From Somniosus microcephalus (Eukaryota), in NCBI GenBank assembly GCA_052327205.1, contig CM126221.1, positions 75,454,001 to 75,518,000 of the forward strand: 64,000 nucleotides of DNA. The letters run 5' to 3'. Below are positions 1 to 12,462 of this stretch, one piece after another. The translations under genes were made by a program, and so were the position numbers. The notes under the pieces were generated by a model. That model was not told the origin of the DNA. It worked only from the letters and a program-made list of their open reading frames with translations, and did not search any database. The stretch's first letter is position 1. Each line of letters begins with the position of its first letter.

Positions 1-139
1 CACACTGCCCTGGGTGCCAGGGATCCTGGCTGCAAGTAACTCTTAACAGCTATGAGGTCCAGGGAATTGACCGTTTCTGGTTTTATAATCTTTCAGCTCA
101 CACCAAGTCATGCTCGAACACACACTAATATTACTACAA

Positions 140-932
140 CAACTTGTATTTATATAGTGCCTTTAACGTAGTAAAACGTCCCAGGGCGCTTCACAGGAGC
201 GATTATCAAACAAAGTTTGACACCGAGCCACATAAGGAGATATTAGGGCAGGTGATCAAAAGCTTGGTCAAAGAGGTAGTTTTTAAAGAGCATCTTAAAG
301 GAGGAAAGAGAGGAGGAGAGGTTTAGGGAGGGAATTCCAGAGCTTAGGGCCTTGGCAGCTGAAGGCACGGCCACCAATGGTTGAGCGATTAAAAGCAGGT
401 ATGCTCAAGAGGCCAGAATTAGAGGAGCGTGGATATCTCTGGGGGTTGTGAGGCGTGAGGAGATTAGAGATAGGGAGGGGCGAGGCCATGGAGGGATTTG
501 AAAACAAGGATGAAAATTTTAAAATCGAGGCGTTGCTTAACCGGGAGCCAATGTAGGTCAGCGAGCACAGGGGCGATAGGTGAACGGGACTTGGTGCGAG
601 TTAGGACACGGGCAGCGAGCACAGGGGAGATGGGTGAACGGGACTTGGTGCGAGTTAGGACACGGGCAGCGAGCACGGGGCGATGGGTGAACGGGACTTG
701 GTGCGAGTTAGGACACGGGCAGCGAGCACAGGGGAGATGGGTGAACGGGACTTGGTGCGAGTTAGGACACGGGCAGCAAGCACGGGGCGATGGGTGAATG
801 GGACTGGGTGTGAGTCAGGACACGGGGCAGCGAGCACAGGGGCGATGGGTGAACGGGACTGGGTGCGAGTTAGGACACGGGGTGATGGGTGAACGGGACT
901 TGGTGCGAGTTAGGACACGGGGCAGCCGAGTT
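140..932 (-). mobile_element. L2/CR1-clade LINE 3' fragment with internal tandem amplification
   Basis: Minus-strand translation gives the L2 RT C-terminus (ARVLTRTKSRSPISPVLADLHWLPVKQRLDFKI; GGRAFSCQGPKLWNSLP); (caa)n tail near 135-143. Boundaries approximate. Confidence 0.85.
561..925. repeat. Approx. 54-bp minisatellite (about 7 copies) derived from L2 sequence
   Basis: Unit gcgagcacaggggcgatgggtgaacgggacttggtgcgagttaggacacgggca repeated; it occurs once in the L2 copy at 19062-19115. Confidence 0.9.
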
Positions 933-1944
933 TACAATAATAAAGCCGCTCAAATGTCATAAGTGGCTTTGTTACTGTGATTACCCCTTCACTGCAAGAA
1001 TAATAATTTAGAAGACATTTTTAATAAAAAAATATGTTTTCAATTTGCCATCGTCTTTTCATCCCTTCTCCCAATCTCGTCTCTTTCACGTTCTCTTCTT
1101 TTGATTTTCATTTTAATCTACTTTTTCTCCCTACCTAATTTATGTTGTTCCCCTTTTTTTTTAAAAAGGAAAGTCCTCATTAAACTTTTTGTCTAACCTT
1201 TCTGCTTCCTCCTGGCTCCCATTTTTGGAGTTGGGAGCAATTTATAACAAAGAGCTTTGATTCACTAAAAAAGAAATGCCAAAGGTTTTTTTTTTAAGCC
1301 CGTCAATAGTGTAGCTTTTCTTAAAGCTCTCGACAGTGCAAGCTCGCATCCCGACAGGTAAACGCGCTGCAGCATACAAAGGGTTAAAATCCAAATAAAC
1401 TGCTTTGTTATTGCCTGGAGATCACTGACGGTTCATCTTTTCTGGGAATGCTGGTTAGAGGCATTTGGAGGTGCTTGATTTTACAAAAGAATGACTTAAC
1501 TTTTTTAATGACCCCAAGTGTGCTAGATCCTCATGGGAACGTTGCTTATAATCCTCCTCGATTTTCAGAATTACTCAACTTGTTCTGCAAGGAATAAGAT
1601 TGCTGCCAAGTTAAAACTCTGGAGTGTCCTGCAGCTTCCTCCCCGTGACACACCATGGCAGCTGTACATACAACAGACTGATTATAAATAATATTTGTGT
1701 TGTCTGATGTTGACCAAGCATAAATGGTGTGTGTTACATCAAGGCCATGGTATATCAGAGTATGTCAAAGGCATCTGTTGTAAATGCTAGTCTCAGTGAT
1801 AGTGTGGAATACTTAATAGGCTATGGTTTTTGAACATTTTTCAGGGATTTAAAAGTATGATTATCATACTTTTTTTTTTTATATACCACGGCCTTGGTGT
1901 AACACACACCATTTATCCTTGGTCACTATTAGACAACACAAATA

Positions 1945-2732
1945 CAGTGGGTAGCATTCTCGCCTCTGAGTCAGAAGGTTGTGGGTACAAGTCCCACTCC
2001 AGAGACTTGAGCACAATAAGCTAGGCTGCCAGTACTTGAGGGAGTGCTGCACTGTCGGAGGTGCCGTCTTTCAGATGAGACGTTAAACCGAGGCCCCGTC
2101 TGCTCTCTCAGGTGGACGTAGAAGATCCCACGGCCACTATTTCGAAGAAGAGCAGGGGAGTTCTCCCCGGTGTCCTGGGGCCAATATTTATCCCTCAATC
2201 AACATCACAGAAACAGATTATCTGCTCATTATCACATTGCTGTTTGTGGGAGCTTGCTGTGCACAAATTAGCTGCTGCGTTTCCTACATTACAACAGTGA
2301 CTACACTTCAAAAGTGGAGTGGGCCTTTGGCATAGCGGTAGCATCCCCGCCGCTGGGCCAGAAGGTGTAGGGTTTTGAACCCCGCTCAAGTGGAGTCGGA
2401 GCTCCGGCTCTAAATTCTGGGTTGACATCCAGCGGGATACTTGCATCCATGGGTGTGGGTGCCCCCCCCCCTCGTATGGGTTGTGGGAGCCCGTAAAACC
2501 CTCCCGCCATAGGACTAACCACCCTAATGGCTGGTATGTAGATGGTTACGGTCACGGAAGGAGCGTTAATGCGGCCAGAAATCCTTCCACCACTTCATAC
2601 AGTTCCCCAAAGGGAACAGTGTGAGGACACGTATGATGACGACTTCAAAAGTACTTCATTGGCTGTAAAGCGCTTTGGGATGTCCTGAGGTCGTGAAAGA
2701 CGCTGTAGAAATGCAAGTCTTTTCTTTCTTTC
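1945..2732 (+). mobile_element. tRNA-derived DeuSINE (SacSINE1-like), interrupted by a second SINE
   Basis: tRNA-like head, Deu-domain core (ggaggtgccgtctttcagatgagacgttaaaccgagg...aagatccc), tail ending gcaagtctttt; matches about 11 other copies in the window. Confidence 0.85.
2316..2641 (+). mobile_element. Distinct 326-bp tRNA-derived SINE inserted in the DeuSINE
   Basis: 11-bp TSD acttcaaaagt at 2305-2315 and 2642-2652; A-box-like tggcatagcggtagc, B-box-like ggttttgaaccc; (atg)n-like tail. Confidence 0.75.
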
Positions 2733-2924
2733 ACGTAAATGTTTACACGTGAAGATTGCGTGGTTATATAAAAGCCTTCGGCTTGATCCCTTACGTTGTT
2801 AATTGCTAACTGCTGACGCTCGTGCAGCCCCGCAAACACTGCACTCAATTTAATCATCTCGTGCCCCTTTCACCAGTTTGGCAGCCGTTGTTGATTTATG
2901 GCAACCTGTAAATAAAAATCAGTC

Positions 2925-5900
2925 ATAGTTAGGCTAAATACGTGGCTTGAGCAGTGGTGTAAGAGGGAGGGTTTTAAATTTTTGAGGCATTGGAACCAGT
3001 TTTGTGGTAGGTGTGACCTATACAAAAGGGACGGTCTACACCTGTGCAGAGATGGAACTGATGTTCTCGGGGTAATTTTTGATAAAGCAGTTCGGGAGCA
3101 TTTAAACTAGTATGGCAGGGGGCTAGAAACCTATGTAGTGAAATAGAGGAAAGTGAAAGGCAGACAGAAATAAATGGTAAAAGGGTGAGGAACAAAAAAC
3201 AAAGGGCCAAACTAATTCATAAAAAATGTGAGCATAAAAAAAGCCTGAGGGTTTTATACCTTAATGCGAGAAGCATCAGGAACAAGGTAGATGAATTAGC
3301 TGTGGAAATAGAGGTTAATAATTATGATCTAATTGGGATTACGGAAACACGGTTGCAGGGTGAGCAGGGCTGGGAGCTTAACATACAGGGGTATTCAGTA
3401 TTTAGGAAGGATCGACAAAAAAGAAAGGGAGGAGGGGTAGCATTGCTAGTAAAAGAGGGGATAAATGCAATTGAAAGGAAGGATATTAACTCAGTTAATA
3501 CAGAATCTATATGGGTGGAGCTAAGAAATAGCGAGGGGCGAAAAACATTAATAGGAGTGGTATATAGGCCTCCAAATAGTAAAATAGAGGTTAGGGAGGG
3601 CATCACGAGGGAAATTAGAGAAGCGTGCAATAAGAGCACAGCTGTCATCATAGGTGACTTTAACTTACATATAGATTGGACTAGCCTAATCAGTAAAAAT
3701 AATGAGGAGGAGGAATTCCTTGAGTGTTTAAGGGATGGTTATCTGGATCAATATGTCGAGGAACCAACTCGGGAACAGGCTATATTGGACTGGGTACTGT
3801 GCAATGAGAAGGGACTAATCAGTAATCTTGTTGTACGGGGACCCTTGGGTCAGAGCGATCATAACATGATCGATTTCTCACTCGAAATGGAGAGCGAAGA
3901 AATTGACTCAGAGACTAAGGTCCTGAATTTAAACAAGGGGAATTATGATGCCATGAGACGGGAACTGAGTAGGTCTGATTGGACAACGTTCCTGGGAGGA
4001 CTGGAGGTAGATAAACAATGGCAAACATTTAAAGATAGAATGACAAAATTGCAAAAATTGTTTATACCAATCTGGCATAAAAGGAAATCTAAAAAGGTGA
4101 CTCAACCGTGGATAACAGGGGAAATTAGAGACAGCATAAAATCCAAAGATAGGGCGTATAAAATAGCCAAAAAAAGCGCCAGAGCGGAAGATTGGGAACA
4201 GTTTAAGATAGAGCAAAGGAGGGCAAAGGGCATGATCAAGAGGGGCAAAATAGCTTACGAAAACAAGCTGGCGGAAAATATAAAAACTAACTCCAAAAGC
4301 TTTTATAAATATATCAAAAGGAAAAGACTGGTGAAAACCAAAGTTGGTCCATTGCAGTCAGATACGGGGGAATATATAATGGGAAATAAGGAAATGGCAG
4401 ATCAACTAAATGCATACTTTGGGTCAGTCTTTACGAAGGAAGACACAAAAAACCTCCCTGGGATATCGGGAAAAATAGGGACATTGGCAAAGGAGGAACT
4501 GACGCAAATCAATATCTCTAAGGATATGGTGTTAAGGAAGCTAAAGGGATTGAAGGTGGACAAATCCCCAGGGCCTGATAACATGCATCCTAGGGTACTG
4601 AAGGAGGTGGCCCTAGAGATAGCGGATGCACTAAGGATGATTTTTCAGAATTCATTAGACTCGGGAACAGTGCCGATGGATTGGAGGGTAGCTAACGTTA
4701 CCCCACTATTCAAAAAGGGGGGTAGGGAAAAAGCAGGTAATTACAGACCTGTAAGCCTTACATCAGTTGTGGGCAAAATGCTGGAGTCCATCATTAAGGA
4801 TGAAATAGCGGAGCACTTAGCAAATGGGGACAGGATAGGACAGAGTCAACATGGATTTACAAAGGGTAAATCGTGCTTGACTAATCTATTGGAATTTTTT
4901 GAGGGAGTAACTGGTAGAATAGATGGGGGAGAGCCAGTAGATGTGGTGTACCTGGACTTCCAAAAGGCCTTCGATAAGGTCCCACATAAAAGATTAGCAT
5001 GGAAAATTGAGGCTCATGGGATAAAGGGGAAAGTTTTGGCGTGGATAGGGAACTGGCTGTCAGATAGAAAACAGAGAGTTGGAATAAACGGCTCATTTTC
5101 TGAATGGCAGGCAGTAACAAGTGGGGTACCACAGGGATCTGTCCTGGGCCCCCAGCTGTTCACAATTTACATTAATGACCTGGATCAGGGAGTCGGATGC
5201 AGCATTTCCAAATTTGCAGACGACACTAAACTAGGAGGTGGGGTGGGCTCAGAGGAAGAGACCAGGAAGCTCCAGAGCGATTTGGACAGACTGGGCGATT
5301 GGGCGGATAAATGGCAGATGCACTATAATGTGGACAAGTGCGAAGTTATCCACCTTGGGTGCAGGAACGGGAGGGCAAATTATTATTTAAATGGCAATAG
5401 ATTGGGAGAGGGGGGAAGTACAGAGAGACCTGGGTGTTCTTGTACACCAGTCACTGAAGGCGAGCATGCAGGTGCAACAGGCGGTCAAGAAGGCAAACGG
5501 TATGCTGGCCTTCATAGCAAAAGGGTTAGAATACAGGAACAGGGATACCTTGCTGCAGCTGTACAGGGCACTGGTGAGACCACACCTCGAGTACTGTGTA
5601 CAGTTTTGGTCGCCTCATCTGAGGAAGGATGTTCTTGCCATGGAGGGGGTGCAGCGGCGATTCACCAGGCTGATACCAGGAATGGCGGGAATGACCTATG
5701 AGGAGAGACTATGTAGTTTAGGGATGTACACACTGGAGTTTAGAAGATTGAGAGGGGACCTCATAGAAGTGTATAAAATTCTGACAGGTCTAGACAGACT
5801 GGATGCAGAAGGAATGTTTCCCTTGGCGGGTGAGAACAGAACTAGAGGACATAATTTAAGGATAAGGGCTAAACCATTTAGGACAGAGATGAGGGGGAAT

Positions 5901-6156
5901 TTCTTCACTCAGAGAGTGGTGAACCTGTGGAACTCATTGCCACAGAGGGCAGTGTACGCCAGCTCATTAAATATATTTAAGAGGGAATTAGATATATTTC
6001 TACGGGCAAAAGGGGTTAAGGGTTACGGAGAGAAGGCGGGGACGGGATACTGAATTAAAGGATCAGCCATGATCTCATTAAATGGCGGAGCAGGCACGAA
6101 GGGCCGAATGGCCTACTCCTGCTCCTATCTTCTATGTATCTATGTATCTATGTATC
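2925..6156 (+). mobile_element. 5'-truncated CR1 LINE: ORF1 esterase C-terminus, near-complete ORF2 (APE + RT), 3' tail
   Basis: 2925-3110 encodes LNTWLEQWCKREGF..RDGLHL (SGNH esterase); 3185-6053 encodes APE (YLNARS, GDFN, SDHN) and RT (GVPQGSVLGP, FADD) with one frameshift in the G-run near 5410; (tctatgta)n tail. Confidence 0.95.
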
Positions 6157-6595
6157 ATTGGCTGATTAGTGGGGTTAAAAATAATCTCTTCAGAGTCTGG
6201 TAGGGTAGTGGCTCTGTTACTGGATTAGTAACGATCCCGAGAATGTGAGTTTAACTCCCACCGTGGCATTTGGAGAATTTGAAATTAATTTTAACAATCT
6301 GTAAATAGAAAGCTGGTATCAGTTTCTTTTCAAAAAAGTGACCATGACGTTATCAGAGTGTCGTAAAAACCCAACTAGTTCACTAATGTCCTTTAGGGAA
6401 GAAAACCTGGTCTGGCCTAAATATGACTCCAGTCCCACACCAACCTGGTTAACTCTTAACTGCCCTCTGAAGTGGCTTTAGCAAGCCAGTCAGCTGTATC
6501 AAACAACTGTCCAGCGGTTCAGGAAGCAGTCCCACTCCCAGCTTCTCAGCAACTAGGGATGGGCAGTAAATGCCGGCCTTGCCAATAATGCCCAC

Positions 6596-6823
6596 TGACA
6601 TGAATCTTGTCATTCATGTGGAAATAACTTATGAAATGATACTGAGCAGCCTGCTGGTGGCGCTGTCCAGGGAGAGTATAAATACTCGGGCATGGGCCCA
6701 GCTTGCTCAGGACATTCTTAACAGGAACTAGTGAAGGACACAACTAGATCTCCATGTTGTAAAACAGTTGATTAAAGCCGTGTTTAATACTCAGACTAAG
6801 TGCCTAGTAGTTTTCTTACGTCA
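6596..6823 (+). mobile_element. Solo LTR (228 bp)
   Basis: TG...CA ends, flanks cccac/cccgc (5-bp TSD, one mismatch), TATA (gtataaata) and ATTAAA; reverse complement of 43442-43670; inserted in the tail of a SINE. Confidence 0.8.
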
Positions 6824-7609
6824 CCCGCAGCCCAAGAATGAATTTTTTAAAATGTTCTTTACCCTTTTTTTTATTTTTCCAAAAACAAAGCTATTCTGCA
6901 CAACGCGAGACGCTCTGGTTCCTGTCCTCCCACAGGTCGATTTTTACACTGGTTTCTGACACGAGAGTCAAGGTTGTTGAAAGGCAGGCTTCAAACCGCC
7001 CGCGGGCTTGACATGCAATGACTCCTAATGAGATAACATCAGAAGCAGCCGATGCCAAATTGACAGCCAGCATAATTTTAGCTGAAAAAGCATAAAGTCA
7101 GGTGATGTGGTGTTGCCTTGCTGTAAGTTTTAATATAAATGGATGTCTTTGATCTTTAGCAACCTCTAAGTGTCTAAATGTTTTTTTAACACTGATAATA
7201 CTATTGGAAGCAACTGCACAATATTCTAATTTTTAATATAAATCGCCCAAATTCCATCCTCCATTGCATCAGGACCCAATGTTTCGCAGTTTTCCAAGAG
7301 CTACCAGTGCAATACTCCAGCTTCCCATTTTAATGTCCTTCCCCCTCGTAAAGATTGGTACCAGAATTCGAAAGAAAAACTGGAAAAATGGCGCTCCTTT
7401 TATTAATGGTCTTCACTTGAGTGCCACTCTCCCAGAGTGCCACTCTCCCAGCGACCCACTCTCGGTATAAAATCCCCCTCGAGTTAATCCAAGGCTTTGG
7501 TTCATTGCGCTGCCTGTCTTTGAAGACAGCTGCTGCAGGAAGAAAACAGCTGACTTCGGAACTGATCCGACAAAAAATGGCTCAAATTGTATTGTACTTT
7601 GTATCACAG

Positions 7610-7735
7610 GAAATCGACGGGAAGGCTTTGCTGTTGTTACGGAGCGACATGCTGATGAAGTATATGGGACTGAAGCTAGGGCCAGCCTTGAAGATTTGCT
7701 ACCACATCGACAGACTGAAGCAGGGCAAATTCTGA
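7610..7735 (+). CDS. SCMH1: Scm polycomb group protein homolog 1, last coding exon (C-terminal part of SAM domain)
   Basis: Acceptor tttgtatcacag|GAA; [41 protein letters not shown] matches the recalled SCMH1 C-terminus; adjacency to SLFNL1 and CTPS1 favours SCMH1 over SCML2/SCML4. Confidence 0.92.
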   Translation, partial: EIDGKALLLLRSDMLMKYMGLKLGPALKICYHIDRLKQGKF

Positions 7736-9076
7736 ACTTGAACTCGGCCGATCGGAACATATCCCAAAAATTGCGAAAGACCAGAACGAGCCACTCCCCA
7801 CGCCCCTACCGAAAGGAACACGTTAATCACTTCTGGCTCGGCTTTCAAATGCCATGTGTCTTTCTAAGATACCAGCTAAACAGGATTATGGGTACTTTGA
7901 ATCGCCAGTGACTATATCACCTTGATGACAGAAAACCTTGGACGGTACCTTTTTTATTTTGTAAAGAGCTGCAGCTCGCGATGAAGCTTTGGTCCTGGAT
8001 TTTCAGAACTGGATAGGAGAGGTTTCTATCCAGCTGACATGAAATATTTTAAGAAAATGCTCTGGTTATTGCAGTTGTATTTCTTTTTTTTTTTACCAGT
8101 TTGTTTCAGTTGTTCATTACTTAAATTGCTCTTCACGGTAGGATCTGGCGTATGTTGTCCAGGCATTTGGCTGCGATGGGCATTTGCTGGTGACCTACCA
8201 TCTCTTTACACAACTCAATCATGGTTCATGCATTTCGAGTACTGGAAGGATGCAGTGAGACTCGAAAGCAGTGATGATGAGTTGCCTTTTGTGTTCCTTC
8301 AGTTTGCTCCAAAGGGGTAAGAAAATTTAACAGTAAGTTAAAGGATTTTTTTATATATATATATAATGAGCATGTAAGACTCCGAGGAGAACAGTATGGA
8401 AGGTATTGCTCTTCCTTTCCTGTCAGACGATCCAGTGTTCTTTTTGTAACAAGAGCCTGATCTCTCTCCGACAACACTACGTACAGTCTCATTTTTTGTT
8501 TCTTCAGTTGCTTTATTTTATTGTTTCTTCATTTTTGTTACCAAGTCTGAATTTTTGTACAGAACAAAAATCGTGTCGCACAATTGAACATGTAGCATTT
8601 GTGGTTTCCAAACTTTTACATATTGCACCTATTCAATTGGAGCTGTTAATAATATAGACCAAGTCAATTGGTGGAAATCCATTAAGCGGACTATTTTTTA
8701 AAAACTATTAACTTTCTTTTGCCAATTCCTCACCCCTCCCCATTTTTCTCTCCTCCTCCTGAAGGTGGTTGCTGGGCTATGGTTCCACGGGTGCTGGTTG
8801 CCCTCTGCTACCTTGCCCGAGCGGCTGTTTGTTTTTTACATTGGCAGGCGATTAAATCATGGGGATATTGCAGCCAAGCTCAGTCCTGCCCTCTTCCCAA
8901 CATGCACACTTGCCAGCAGGAGACACTGGTTAACAATCGGGAATGGGGACCTCCCTAGCCCACAGCACTACAACCCATTGTAAAACAGCAATTAGCATCC
9001 CAGTTAAGACTGGCTAATTTAGCTTGGACTGGAATTCATACCTGGGACCTTCTACTTTGTATGGCTCAGTTACAAA

Positions 9077-9251
9077 CAATGTTCCCGTTAACTTTTTTTT
9101 TGGGGTGCTCGCCCCCTTTAAGGGGCTGCGCGGCCCATTCAGAATACTGCACGTGCCGCAAGTGCGCGGTTTTTCTCATTGAAGAGCCGGCTGCACGGGA
9201 GGTCCAGAGAGCTGCGCGCCCATGTGGCCACACAGCTTAAAGGGAACATTG
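9077..9251. mobile_element. hAT-type MITE
   Basis: TIRs caatgttccc / gggaacattg; 8-bp TSD gttacaaa at 9069-9076 and 9252-9259. Confidence 0.85.
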
Positions 9252-10954
9252 GTTACAAACAGATTTTATCGACTAAACTATCAGGGAAAACCGAATGACC
9301 TGTTTCAATTGAATCATGTGATAGTTCCAATATTACATAGCAGGTACAGCACAGAAACAGGCCATTCAACCCAACTGGTCCGTGCCGGTGTTTATGCTCC
9401 ACACGAGCTTCCTTCATCTTGATCCTAACCCTAACCTATTCCTTTCCCCCTTATCTAGTTTTCCTTTAAATGCATCTATGCTAGTTGCCTCAACTACTCC
9501 CTGTGGTAGCGGGTTCCAGAGAATAGTTCACCGAGAACCTTGGAGCGAGGAAGAGCTGATCATTTCAGGTGATTTAATCACTTGAACGCTATCCAGAATA
9601 AGAGGCACTTGTTTTACCCAAGTGTGTCGCTTGTTTAGTTACGTCTACTGAGAAATATTACAAAGGCTGATTTGTACTTGTGTATTGAGCAGGACAAGCG
9701 AGCTGTTTCTCACCCTACTGCCCAAGGGCTTCACCGCCTCCACGGAAGTGGAGGGTTCCCGTAACCTTAAGGCCAAAAATAGAACCTAATGCAAAAGTGA
9801 GTAAAAAGGCTGGAATGAAGGTTTGCCTCCAGGTCAATGAACAGTCATCACCTTTTAGTACTTTCCAGAAGGAACAAAAGTAATTCATACAATACGTGAT
9901 CTTCAGTAAATGGAACAATCTTCGTTTATCTCACCGATCACTCGCCGTATATACAGTCTGAGTTTAGCTGTTTACACAATTACTCTAGCTAGCTTATCAA
10001 TATCCTTTGCCCCTCCTCCCCCATTTTATCCTCATCTTGTGAAGTCACCAATCTGAAGTGCTCTCCAAGATATTCGACTCAGTAGAATATTGTTCTGTTT
10101 TTTTGACCAGAGACACTTCAGATTCAGTTCTTAACCCTGGAGGGGATTTTTGAGTATGGTAGTGCGAATGCCTGGTGGGGGTGGAGTTGGAGAGAAATGG
10201 TCCAGGGGAGGCCCTTGTGTCTGGAATAAATTCCACTTTCCACATGTGCGAGATAAGTGGTCTGTTCCATGTCTTATTTTTAAGGCCATGTGGTGTATAC
10301 ATTATTTCTATTCAAGGCTGTGCCGGGTGGAAAGTATTATTGAAGATGATGATGCTCATTGACAAACTGCCATACAAGCATGGAGTAGATGGTGAACATC
10401 AGGCTTTGAAAAAGAACCTTTTTTTCTCTGCTTCCCTGTGGTCTATGTACTGTGTACTCCCTCCCGGCTTGTGGGTAAACTTCCCAGAGGAGAGTTGATT
10501 CCTGTCAAGCCCACAACATTCGACTCATGACCTCCAGCCAACTGCCCGATTGAGAACAAACGTCACCTCGGTAAGGAGTTGGCACAGAAATGATCAGATG
10601 ACCCATGATCTGTAGCCAAAAAACTATTGCCATGGCGACCAATGAGGCCTAGGTGAGTCAGGACCACAGGAAGAAGCTGTCCCTATAATAAATCAACTTA
10701 ATTCTGGATAAAAGTTTGGGACATAATGAAAGGGATAACTTGCCACCTGAGTTGAATTCCATTTTTGCAATGAATGAAAAGGTGTTTTGGTTTTAGCATG
10801 CCAGTGTACATCTGGGGGTAAAGCTGGCCCTACAGCGATTACCCCAAAGTCCTGGATAAATGCACAAAGCTTCATGGCCTCGCATTCAGCTGCAGGTTTA
10901 CAAAAGGGATTTCCTCGTAGTATTTTTTGTTGCAGTGTGATACAAGAACAACTA

Positions 10955-11271
10955 GAATCTCCCAAACCCGCGACCTCTACCACCTAGAAGGACAAGGGCA
11001 GCAGGCGCATGGGAACACCATCACCTCCAAGTTCCCCTCCAAGTCACACACCATCCTGACTTGGAAATATATCGGCCGTTCCTTCATCCTCGCTGGGTCA
11101 AAATCTTGGAACTCCCTCCCTAACAGCACTGTGGGAGTACCTTCACCACACGGACTGCAGCGGTTCAAGAAGGCGGCTCACCACCACCTTCTCAAGGGCA
11201 ATTAGGGATGGGCAATAAATGCCGGCCTTGCCAGCGACGCCCATATCACAGGAACGAATAAAAAAAAAAAA
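10955..11271 (+). mobile_element. CR1-clade LINE 3' end (second family)
   Basis: Encodes GSKSWNSLPNSTVG..FKKAAHHHLLKGN*, then tail gggatgggcaataaatgccggccttgcc and poly(A); same tail on the SINE at about 6200-6845. Confidence 0.75.
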
Positions 11272-12000
11272 TCTGAGGGATGCTTTGTCTTTTGCTAATC
11301 AGAGGGATTCCTTTTTGACTAACTGTAACCTTGCAATATCCAACAAAAAAAATCTGTTAAAAGACTGAATATCATTACTGCCATTTTGTGTTAGTGTCAT
11401 TGTCCCCAAATGTGATTAATGGCAGAGAAAGCCTCTAGCCGTTAATTATTAATGAAGAATGGTCTGTGCTACGTGACCTTTTCCAGAATACATTTTAACA
11501 TCAAATGCCTAGAATAAGACAATAAACTATTGACTGCGTGTATAACTGAGGTTCTTTATGGATAAGGCGATTGTGAAAGCTTTGGCATTCTGCTTGGGAG
11601 TGCTGTCGGCCAGACACTGTCTGCGGTAGAACACTAAACCAGGAGCAAGCTTATTGCATTCTCGCCTTGCAACAGCCCCTGGGATGTATGGCTCCTGTCA
11701 TGCATGGTCACTGGTGTGATGCACTTGGTATAACAGACATGTCAGTTTGTGCATTGAATATCAGTACACAACTTTGTTCATAGAAATAAAACAATAATTT
11801 ATTGTAAAACCTGCTATTGACTGGCTCCCATGTTTTCAGTTACTATTTCACTCTAATTTGTCTTCTCCCGTCACCGGGGTGTAATCTCTGGTTGTTTATA
11901 GCCCCTTACACCCAGCGCATTGCCCAATTGATCATTTGCCCAATGTGGGCCAGTGTCAGCGGGCTACTTGACGGTGTCACGGCTGAGCCAGCTGCTATTC

Positions 12001-12462
12001 TGTCAGCCAGTGGCGAGCACCCTCGCCTCTGAGTCAGAAGGTCGTGGGTTCAAGTCCCACTCCAGAGACTGGAGCACAAAAATCTAGGCTGACACTCCCA
12101 GTGCAGTGCTGAGGGAGTGCCGCACTGTCGGAGGTGCCATCTTTCAGATGAGACATTAAACCGAGGCCCCGTCTCTCAGGTGGACATAAAAGATCCCAGG
12201 GCACTATTTCAAAGAAAGGTAGAGGAGTTCTCCCTGGTGTCCTGGGGCCAATATTTCTTCCTCAGTCAACATCACTAAAACAGATTATCTGGTCATTATC
12301 ACATTGCTGTTTGTGGGATCTTGCTGTGTGCAAATTGGCTGCTGCGTTTCCTACATTACAACAGTGACTACACTTCAAAAAAAAAGTACTTCATTAGCTG
12401 TAAAGCGCTTTGGGACGTCCGGTGGTCGTGAAAGGCGCTATAGAAATGCAAGTCTTTTTTTC
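12001..12462 (+). mobile_element. DeuSINE (SacSINE1-like)
   Basis: Full-length match to other copies in the window. Confidence 0.88.

Larger units (their letters stand above)
7736..11790 (+). other. SCMH1: Probable SCMH1 3' UTR (end uncertain; candidate AATAAA at 11785-11790)
   Basis: TE-poor AU-rich sequence after the stop codon; poly(A) site not provable from sequence. Confidence 0.4.

Noticed and set aside
7421-7609. Upstream part of the 104-aa ORF containing the SAM segment
   Set aside because: Intronic read-through; SCMH1 similarity starts at the acceptor at 7610.
12001-12065. tRNA genes at SINE heads (also 18480-18542, 63224-63295 and others)
   Set aside because: They continue into SINE bodies and lack a full cloverleaf.
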